Shown one piece after another: positions 56,945 to 64,000 of a stretch of DNA of 64,000 bases. Origin of the DNA: Candidatus Altiarchaeota archaeon (lineage in GTDB: Archaea > Altiarchaeota > Altiarchaeia > IMC4 > SCGC-AAA252-I15); the NCBI GenBank assembly GCA_043813075.1, contig JBDRLL010000006.1, positions 5,043 through 69,042 of the forward strand. The letters are read 5' to 3'. The notes below the pieces were generated by a model. That model saw only the letters and a program-made list of their open reading frames with translations. It was not told where the DNA came from and did not search any database. The position numbers were made by a program, and so were the translations under genes. Numbering within the stretch: the first letter of the stretch is position 1; each line of letters opens with the position of its first letter.

Positions 56945-58084
56945 TTATAGTTCAAGCACCAGTTCCAGACCGTCAAGAGACTTCACGAGCCTGCCTTCAT
57001 GCGTCTTACCCAGCTCCTCCATCACCTGGCTGTCGGCCAGACCCTGCTTCCGTAGGGAGGATACGAGCTTCATTAGGGAGTCTATCTCACCGTAGTGCTG
57101 GTATATCAAGTCGCCCTTGGACTTGTCGACGACAGACGACTCCTCGAACCGCTTCATGGAATCCTCCTGCTGCTTCAGCACCATCTCCACCTTAACCTTC
57201 CTGGACTCTGCTGCGGAAGTCATGCCCTCCCCAACGGAAAATGCCTCACGGCTGCTGAAGAACTCGTCGACAGCATCATTAAGGGAGTCATAATCTTCAA
57301 CAAGCATGCCATCATACTGCCGGGACTTGAATGGCTGGACGTCAACATAACCACCCTCGTCAGAGACCAATATGGGGCTTATGCTACGGGATAATACGTC
57401 GTCGACGAGAGACTTGAATGAATCCCACAGACTCTTCCTAGAAGCATCATCGAGGGCTGGATAAGCGACTTCCTTGTCAACCCCCGCATTAAGGCAAACC
57501 CCCTCCGCGAAGAAGCCGCCGACCCCAAAGCGCGATGCTATCGTAGAGACCACAGGCTTTTCCTCGCTTGACATTATATCATTGAACTCACCCAAGCCAA
57601 CATCCAAGATGTTGACTCCTGACGGAGGATACTCATAGGCCTTACCTACGCCAAGCGTCCTATGCCTCCACTTCTGCCATTCGAGGAGCCCTATTATCTT
57701 AAAGCCCTCGTCACAGAGTATGACATTCCCCTTGCTGAACAACTCGGCGATAAGGATGAGACGCTCCCTGCCATCGAACACCATCTCTATTATCCTGTCA
57801 AAACCATGCTGCCTTACCTCAGAGACCCTTAGGCCGCCGAGGCGCTTTCGCAACTGCATTGCGAAAGAGCTTGGGTTCTGGGGTATGGCCCGCGTGTATC
57901 CTGTGATGCAAAAGTAGTTTGGGGCTAGGACAAGGTCTCTGGTTCCTGAACCGGGCACGTAGAAGCGGAGCAAAAGCTCTTTAGACCCGACTTGGTATGC
58001 CTTTTCGAATCTGGCGCCAGTCAAAACCCCTGCGACCTCGCCGGCTAGAATACGGACGTCGATGCTGGATAAACCCTCTTTCAT
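56945..58084 (-). CDS. rqcH: NFACT/RqcH (Rqc2-like) N-terminal part only
   Basis: LSSIDV, PSSFAMQLRKRL, QHGFDRI, ELFSKGNVIL, YEYPP, FGVGG..AE; ends before the NFACT-R/C domains. Confidence 0.8.
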   Translation of the reverse strand: MKEGLSSIDVRILAGEVAGVLTGARFEKAYQVGSKELLLRFYVPGSGTRDLVLAPNYFCITGYTRAIPQNPSSFAMQLRKRLGGLRVSEVRQHGFDRIIEMVFDGRERLILIAELFSKGNVILCDEGFKIIGLLEWQKWRHRTLGVGKAYEYPPSGVNILDVGLGEFNDIMSSEEKPVVSTIASRFGVGGFFAEGVCLNAGVDKEVAYPALDDASRKSLWDSFKSLVDDVLSRSISPILVSDEGGYVDVQPFKSRQYDGMLVEDYDSLNDAVDEFFSSREAFSVGEGMTSAAESRKVKVEMVLKQQEDSMKRFEESSVVDKSKGDLIYQHYGEIDSLMKLVSSLRKQGLADSQVMEELGKTHEGRLVKSLDGLELVLEL

Positions 58085-58989
58085 TCCAAACCAAACTGCT
58101 TCAACAAAATCGCTTTCTGCGCGTGAACCCTGTTCTCAGCCTGACGCCATACCACGCTCTGACGGGAGTCTATCACGTCGTCGGTGACTTCAACCCCACG
58201 GTGGGCTGGCAGGCAGTGCATGAATATTGCATTCTCCTTGGCGTGAGACATCAATTTCCGGTTAACCTGAAATCCTTCAAAAGCAGTCAGACGATCCCCC
58301 TCCTGGGACTCGTCACCCATACTCACCCAGACGTCGGTGTAGACGACGTCAGCACCCTTGACTGCGGACTCGGGATTATCCAATACTATGACCTTTGAGT
58401 CGACCGCGGTCTTTAAAGCGTCGTTTACGAATCCTTTAGCCGGCTTGTATTCCGGCGGCGTGGCGACGGTTATGTTAACGTCGGTGAGCGAACACCCCAG
58501 TATGAGGGAATTGCAGACGTTGTTGCCGTCGCCAACGAAAGCCAGGTTAAGACCCTTGAGGTCGCCCTTCAACTCACGTATAGTAAGCAAATCTCCTATG
58601 ACCTGGCAGGGGTGCTCCTTTTCAGATAGGCCGTTGATGACAGGTATCTTAGAGTACTTTCTCAGCTCCTCGAGGGTGGAGTGCTTGAATACCCTTGCCA
58701 TAACACAGTCCACGTAGCCTGTCATGACGCGGGCTGTGTCCGCGATAGTCTCGCCCCGACCCAACTGCATGTCGCCCGCGTTAAGGACGATGGGTGTGCC
58801 GCCCAACTCGATCATCGCAACCTCGAATGATACTCTCGTCCTGGTTGAAGGCTTCTCGAATATCATGGCAAGCTTCCTGCCTGAAAGCCGGTCAGAGTAT
58901 TCACCAGGATTCTTCTTTACTTCGGCAGCGAGGTCGAGGATGCCTGAGACATCATCCCTGCTCAAGTCGCGGATAGATATGAGACTCAT
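58081..58989 (-). CDS. argF: ornithine carbamoyltransferase
   Basis: FEKPSTRTR, HPCQ, DVWVSMG, HCLPAHRG. Confidence 0.97.
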   Translation of the reverse strand: MSLISIRDLSRDDVSGILDLAAEVKKNPGEYSDRLSGRKLAMIFEKPSTRTRVSFEVAMIELGGTPIVLNAGDMQLGRGETIADTARVMTGYVDCVMARVFKHSTLEELRKYSKIPVINGLSEKEHPCQVIGDLLTIRELKGDLKGLNLAFVGDGNNVCNSLILGCSLTDVNITVATPPEYKPAKGFVNDALKTAVDSKVIVLDNPESAVKGADVVYTDVWVSMGDESQEGDRLTAFEGFQVNRKLMSHAKENAIFMHCLPAHRGVEVTDDVIDSRQSVVWRQAENRVHAQKAILLKQFGLE

Positions 58990-59017
58990 ATAAAGCTATT
59001 TGAATGAATAATTAAAC

Positions 59018-59923
59018 ATGGGTTCCGTCGACGAGACTGCCAGGAAAATAAGTTCAATGGAGGTCAGAGGAGCCCTGGACATAGCCATAGCCGCCCTGAA
59101 AGCCCTTGAAACCGTCGTTGACGGGGGAGGCAGGCTGAAGGAGCTTGAGGCTGCTGGGGAGAAACTCAAGAAGGCCAGGCCCACCGCAGTATCACTGCCG
59201 AATGCAGTCAACTATGTGATATACCTCGCGAAAAAACACGAGCCAGATGACGGGAAGGCGTTTAAGTCCGCCATGACCCGTGAGATACACGACTTCATAA
59301 TAAGGCAGGAGAATTCCCTGGAAAAGATTGCTGAGATAGGGTCTAAGCTCATAGAGGAGGGGGATGTCCTGATGACGCACTGCAACAGCGATACCGTAGC
59401 CCACATATTCAAGAGGGCTTGGAGGGACGGCAAGAAGTTCAGGGTGATAGCCACAGAGACGAGGCCGAGGTATCAGGGCTACATCACGTCAAGGGACCTT
59501 GCTTCTGCAGGGATACCTGTGACGCTCATAGTGGACTCCGCAGTATACCATACCATTAAGAAGCTTGACGTCGACAAGGTGTTTGTGGGCGCGGACACTG
59601 TATACGCTAACGGCGATGTCGTGAACAAGATAGGGACGATGCAGGTTGCATTGTGCGCTAAAAGCGAGGGCAAGGACTTTATAGTCGCCACGGAGTCTAT
59701 TAAATTCTCTCCTGAAAGCATTATGGGCGGGGTGTCGGTGATAGAGGAGAGGGACCCTAAGGAGGTGGCGGAGATAGAGGGCGTTAGGGTGTTCAACCCG
59801 GCATTCGACGTGACGCCGAAGGAGTACGTGAACATGATAATAACGGAATACGGGATTATACCGCCTGAAGCGGCTTACAGCCTGCTTAAGGAGAGGTTTG
59901 GATGGAGTCTTACAGGGGAATAG
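59018..59923 (+). CDS. ribose-1,5-bisphosphate isomerase (eIF-2B family)
   Basis: MEVRGA, RPTAVSLPNA, THCNS, ETRP, GADTV, NKIGT, NPAFDVTP. Confidence 0.85.
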   Translation: MGSVDETARKISSMEVRGALDIAIAALKALETVVDGGGRLKELEAAGEKLKKARPTAVSLPNAVNYVIYLAKKHEPDDGKAFKSAMTREIHDFIIRQENSLEKIAEIGSKLIEEGDVLMTHCNSDTVAHIFKRAWRDGKKFRVIATETRPRYQGYITSRDLASAGIPVTLIVDSAVYHTIKKLDVDKVFVGADTVYANGDVVNKIGTMQVALCAKSEGKDFIVATESIKFSPESIMGGVSVIEERDPKEVAEIEGVRVFNPAFDVTPKEYVNMIITEYGIIPPEAAYSLLKERFGWSLTGE

Positions 59924-59926
59924 AAG

Positions 59927-60424
59927 ATGGATGAGAGATACAGTAGGGTGCTGGACGCAGTCGCGAAGGAGGATTCGATAAAACTCAGGGAGCTCGCGTC
60001 AGAATACAGTGACGATGCTGCCATAAATCAGGATAAGGAGAGCCTGCAGTTGGCTGTCATAACATACAGCTTCCATAAGATATTCAGCAAGATACACTTC
60101 AGGGAAAAAACGGAGAGCCTGGTTGAGAGTTCAATAAAGAAGCTCTCGGAAGGCATGCTGGAGGGGGTGATAGGGGAGATAGAGTCCTTTGACAGGGAGC
60201 ACGGACTGTTCCACGGGGGCCTGGTGGGCAAGGCGAGGATAAAGATAGGCTCCAGGATATACTCGAGGGGTATTTCCATAACCCACGCTTCCACGTTGTC
60301 CGGGGCGCCGGTGTCTGAGATACTAGAGTATTCTGGGGACACGAAACACCATGAGGAAAAAGAGCGTGTGTCCCTAAGCGACCGTTTAAACAAGGCTAGG
60401 GACGTGTTTATGAACGGTAAATGA
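59927..60424 (+). CDS. hypothetical protein with C-terminal HTH-like segment
   Basis: 165 aa; KARIKIGSRIYSRGISITHASTLSG; starts 3 bp after the isomerase stop. Confidence 0.65.
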   Translation: MDERYSRVLDAVAKEDSIKLRELASEYSDDAAINQDKESLQLAVITYSFHKIFSKIHFREKTESLVESSIKKLSEGMLEGVIGEIESFDREHGLFHGGLVGKARIKIGSRIYSRGISITHASTLSGAPVSEILEYSGDTKHHEEKERVSLSDRLNKARDVFMNGK

Positions 60425-60482
60425 CTTTTAAACCCAAAATCCATTATCTAAGACACAAAAAGAGAGGGAATGTTGGCATATA

Positions 60483-61226
60483 ATGTATCCTACTGGTCCT
60501 GCGGCATACGACCGCGCTATAACGGTTTTCAGTCCTGACGGAAGGCTATTCCAGGTAGAATATGCTAGGGAAGCCGTCAAGAGGGGGACGACAGCAGTCG
60601 GCATAACCTATGACAAGGGTGTTATCCTCGCGGTGGACAAGAATGTTGTAAGCAAGATGATAGTCCCCTCTTCGATAGAGAAGATATTCCAGATAGACGA
60701 CCACATAGGTGTCGCAACATCAGGACTCGTTGCAGACGCTAGAAGACTCATCGAGGATGCGAGGGTGAGGGCTCAAAGACACATGCTGGTCTACAAGGAG
60801 GCTATAAGCGTCGCATCACTGACGAAGGAGATATGCGACATAAAGCAGGCGTACACCATGTACGGCGGCGCAAGACCCTTCGGGACGGCATTATTGATTG
60901 CTGGGGTGAACAAGAAGCCACACCTGTTTGAGACCGACCCGAGCGGAGCATTCACTGAATACAAGGCAGGGGCAATAGGCATGGGGAAGAGGGATGTTGA
61001 AAAGCTTTTCGAGGATAAGTACAAGGAAAATATCGGGAGGCAGGATGCGATAAACCTTGCGTTAATCGGTTTGAACAGCGTGTCTGAAGGCAAGATAAAG
61101 AAGGAGAACATAGACATGATCGCGATAGAAGTGGGTAAGAAATACGTTAAGATAGGCGTCGACGAGATAGGATCATCAATAAAGGAATTGGGTAAGGAGC
61201 TCGACTCCGGGAAACCCAAGGAATAG
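60483..61226 (+). CDS. psmA: proteasome subunit alpha
   Basis: YDRAITVFSPDGRLFQVEYAREAV, RPFG. Confidence 0.98.
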   Translation: MYPTGPAAYDRAITVFSPDGRLFQVEYAREAVKRGTTAVGITYDKGVILAVDKNVVSKMIVPSSIEKIFQIDDHIGVATSGLVADARRLIEDARVRAQRHMLVYKEAISVASLTKEICDIKQAYTMYGGARPFGTALLIAGVNKKPHLFETDPSGAFTEYKAGAIGMGKRDVEKLFEDKYKENIGRQDAINLALIGLNSVSEGKIKKENIDMIAIEVGKKYVKIGVDEIGSSIKELGKELDSGKPKE

Positions 61227-61272
61227 CATTCATTTAGTTAATCTGTCTATTACTGTGGACGGGGTGTAGCTG

Positions 61273-61962
61273 ATGGCAAACTTGGATGAAGCCATTATAA
61301 TCAGACTCAAAACAAGGGGACATACGTTTGAAGTGCTGGCAGACCCAGATAAGGCACTAGAATTCCGGTCAGGGGAGGAGGTGAGTATTGATAACGTACT
61401 CGCAGTGGAACACGTCTTCAAGGACGCGAAAGCCGGCGACAAAGCATCCTCTGACTTAATGGAAGAAGCCTTCAACACAAGCGAAGAGAGCAAGGTAGCT
61501 GAGGAAGTCCTTAAGAAAGGCGAGCTACACTTGACTACAGAACAGAAACGCAGGATGCTGGAGGAAAGAAGGAAACAAGTCGCATCCCTGATAGCAAGGG
61601 ACGCAATAAACCCCCAGACAAAGTCCCCGCACCCACAGTCAAGGATACTCCAAGCTATGGAGGAGGCGAAGGTTGAGGTAACGCTCTCTAAAAGCCCTAG
61701 AGAACACGTTGAAAAGGTCTTGAAGGCCCTAATACCCCTCATGCCCATAAAACTCCAGAAAGTGCAGGTAGCGCTTAAGGTGCCTGCAGCACACACTGGA
61801 AGGCTGTACGAGGTATTGAAGGAGTACGGGGAAGTCAAGAAGGATGAGTGGGTCGGGCAGGAACAATACTGTCTGATCGAGATTCCCGGAGGCCTGCAGG
61901 ACGAGCTGTTCAACAAGCTGAACAGCATGACACACGGGGAGATCAGCATAAAAGTATTATAG
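61273..61962 (+). CDS. SBDS/SDO1 ribosome maturation factor
   Basis: RLK..GHTFEVL, VFKDAKAG, INPQTKSPHP. Confidence 0.95.
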   Translation: MANLDEAIIIRLKTRGHTFEVLADPDKALEFRSGEEVSIDNVLAVEHVFKDAKAGDKASSDLMEEAFNTSEESKVAEEVLKKGELHLTTEQKRRMLEERRKQVASLIARDAINPQTKSPHPQSRILQAMEEAKVEVTLSKSPREHVEKVLKALIPLMPIKLQKVQVALKVPAAHTGRLYEVLKEYGEVKKDEWVGQEQYCLIEIPGGLQDELFNKLNSMTHGEISIKVL

Positions 61963-61970
61963 GTATTCAA

Positions 61971-62642
61971 ATGAGCGAAAATAGGGAGATTGTTATACCC
62001 GGCCAACTTGTTGGCGAAGGGGTTAAATGCGACAACAGCTGCTACCTGGAGGGGGGGAAAGTGTATTCCCTCGTTAGGGGCCTTGTGAGGATGAGCGGCG
62101 ACCGCGTGAGCATAATACCAGTGAGCGGCCCATACATGCCGAAAGTCGGGGACATGGTTATAGGAACCATAGTCGAGGATTTCGGGAAAGTCTACCTCGT
62201 GGACACTAAGACCGCGTACTATTCCGTCGTGAGGGAGGAGCGTGACGACGACAGGAGGTCTAGGAACAGGAGCGAACGGAGGCCTCAAGTCAAATACAAC
62301 ATAGGCGACTTGGTGAGCGGGAAGATAAGCTCGGTCGACGAGTTGCATGAGTCCCAGCTGACGGGCGTTTGGAAGCTGGAGGACGGGCTGACCATGGAGG
62401 TCGACCCCAAGAAGGTGCCCAGGGTGATAGGGAAGCACCGTTCAATGATAAACCAGATAAAGGATAAGACAGGCTGCAACATAGCGGTAGGCCAGAACGG
62501 GATAATATGGCTGAAGGGCGGTAAGACCAACATAGCAATAGAGGCCATAAGGAAGGTGGAGGCGGAGGCACACACAAGCGGCCTCACAGACAGGATAACA
62601 CAGATGCTGGATGAAGCATTATCAAGATCAAATAAGGAGTGA
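61971..62642 (+). CDS. rrp4: exosome RNA-binding protein Rrp4
   Basis: [39 protein letters not shown]. Confidence 0.93.
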   Translation: MSENREIVIPGQLVGEGVKCDNSCYLEGGKVYSLVRGLVRMSGDRVSIIPVSGPYMPKVGDMVIGTIVEDFGKVYLVDTKTAYYSVVREERDDDRRSRNRSERRPQVKYNIGDLVSGKISSVDELHESQLTGVWKLEDGLTMEVDPKKVPRVIGKHRSMINQIKDKTGCNIAVGQNGIIWLKGGKTNIAIEAIRKVEAEAHTSGLTDRITQMLDEALSRSNKE

Positions 62643-62647
62643 TTCAT

Positions 62648-63382
62648 ATGAGTGGTGGAAAAGAAGTTGAGTTGATTAAAAACGGTAAGAGGCTTGATGG
62701 AAGAGCCTTTGACGAGTTACGAGAGATAAAGATGAAGGTTGGCGTCCTGAAGAGGGCGCAGGGTTCAGCATACGTTGAATGGGGTAAGAACAAGGTATTG
62801 GCCGCAGTATACGGGCCGAGGGAGATGCACCCCAAATTCATGCAGAATCCGACGAAAGCAGCCGTAAGGTGCACATACAATCTCGCACCATTCTCTGTTG
62901 ACGACAGGAAGAGGCCTGGGCCGGACAGGAGGAGCGTTGAGATTTCAAAGGTGTGCAGTGAAGCATTGACGTCCGTCGTCGAGGTTGGGAGATACCCTAC
63001 CGCCGCGATAGACGTGTTTGTCGAGATACTGCAGGCTGATGCGGGCACAAGATGCGTGGGATTGACTGCAGCATCACTTGCACTAGCTGACGCTGGAATA
63101 CCGATGAGGGATATAGTCGCCGCCTGCGCTGCAGGGAAGGCTGGCGGGGAAGTTGTCGTGGACTTGGATAAGGAGGAGGACAACTACGGTGAAAGCGACC
63201 TGCCCATAGCGATACTGCCGAAGACTGGGGAGATAGTGCTCCTACAGATGGATGGTAAACTAAGCAGGGAGGAGTTCACGAAAGCGCTTAACATGGCAAA
63301 GGAAGGCGCCATGAAGGTCTACGAGATACAGAAGCAGACCCTCATTGAAGGCTATGAAAACAGGCAGGAGGTGCAGGAATGA
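62648..63382 (+). CDS. rrp41: exosome exonuclease Rrp41
   Basis: RLDGR..DELR, GSAY, YGPRE, QADAGTR, DLDKEED, LQMDG. Confidence 0.96.
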   Translation: MSGGKEVELIKNGKRLDGRAFDELREIKMKVGVLKRAQGSAYVEWGKNKVLAAVYGPREMHPKFMQNPTKAAVRCTYNLAPFSVDDRKRPGPDRRSVEISKVCSEALTSVVEVGRYPTAAIDVFVEILQADAGTRCVGLTAASLALADAGIPMRDIVAACAAGKAGGEVVVDLDKEEDNYGESDLPIAILPKTGEIVLLQMDGKLSREEFTKALNMAKEGAMKVYEIQKQTLIEGYENRQEVQE

Positions 63383-64000
63383 ACATAGAGGCTTACTTGA
63401 AGAGGGACTACATTAGGAACATCATGAGCGATGGAAAGAGGATTGACGGCAGAGGATTCGACGAGCGCAGGAACCTTGAGATAGAGAAGGGATATGTGCT
63501 TGAGAAGGCTGACGGTTCCGCTCTAGTGAAGCTTGGAGGCACCCAGGTGCTTGTCGGCATAAGCATGGACGTTGGGGAGCCATACTCAGACCGTCCGACG
63601 TCAGGAGTAATGACTACTAGCGCAGAGTTGAGGCCATTAGCGTCCCCATACTTTGAGTCAGGACCGCCAAGGGAGGAATCGATAGAACTGGCGAGGGTCG
63701 TTGACAGGGGTATACGCGAGTCAGGGATGATAGACGTCGACAAACTCTTCATCGAGGAGGGTAAAGTATGGATGGTGTTCATAGACCTGCACATGCTGGA
63801 CGACTGCGGTAACCTTTTGGACGCTTCCGGGATAGCTGCAGCAGCGGCCCTGCATGACTGCAGGCTGCCGAAATACGAGGACGGGCAGGTGATAAGGGGC
63901 GATTGGAAGGGCAAGCTGCCCATAACGTGCACGCCGATACCAAACACTTTCGCGAAAATCAGGGATACCATAGTCTTGGATCCCTTGAGCGACGAGGAAT
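63379..64000 (+). CDS. rrp42: exosome protein Rrp42 (runs off the window)
   Basis: [25 protein letters not shown]..., [28 protein letters not shown]. Confidence 0.94.
   Translation, partial: MNIEAYLKRDYIRNIMSDGKRIDGRGFDERRNLEIEKGYVLEKADGSALVKLGGTQVLVGISMDVGEPYSDRPTSGVMTTSAELRPLASPYFESGPPREESIELARVVDRGIRESGMIDVDKLFIEEGKVWMVFIDLHMLDDCGNLLDASGIAAAAALHDCRLPKYEDGQVIRGDWKGKLPITCTPIPNTFAKIRDTIVLDPLSDEE

Noticed and set aside
59018-59923. MtnA or a true eIF-2B subunit
   Set aside because: THCNS without the MtnA-type NAGxLAT continuation, together with RPTAVSLPNA, fits R15P isomerase better.
1-64000. tRNA, rRNA, inteins, integrases, transposases, defence systems, hamus subunit
   Set aside because: None recognised by eye; intergenic gaps are mostly too short and conserved proteins have normal lengths. 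A covariance-model scan would be needed to exclude small RNAs.

Overview
Archaeal chromosome segment with dense, frequently strand-switching genes. I saw no rRNA, tRNA, CRISPR array, intein, integrase or transposase. Archaeal markers include TFE, thermosome, eIF1A, L39e, Taw1, proteasome alpha and exosome Rrp4/41/42. It also carries biosynthetic genes (purB, purF, argJ, argF, hisI, aspartate kinase) and many Thr-rich, Cys-rich surface proteins. That mix suggests an Altiarchaeota-like lineage, which is inference only. The most notable region (about 24.4-44.4 kb) holds five class III signal-peptide (type IV pilin-like) genes, several with large adhesin-like cargo: a PPC domain, six knottin-spaced six-Cys modules, a CBM-like domain and an unrecognised tandem domain. 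These genes are split by a lipid-linked glycosylation island of three GT-C families, including a DUF2723/TMEM260-like gene split in two and encoded in permuted order, and are flanked by a protein with 77 in-register LxxRExx heptads. Other highlights: an unlisted 40-aa Cys-tailed peptide in an ArsR/ArsP locus, a DUF373-PRC-barrel fusion, an AglB/STT3-like protein with RWDRG in place of WWDYG, a truncated NFACT/RqcH, interlocked divergent promoters, and shared CTAG stop codons. All family calls come from motif recognition by eye, not database searches.
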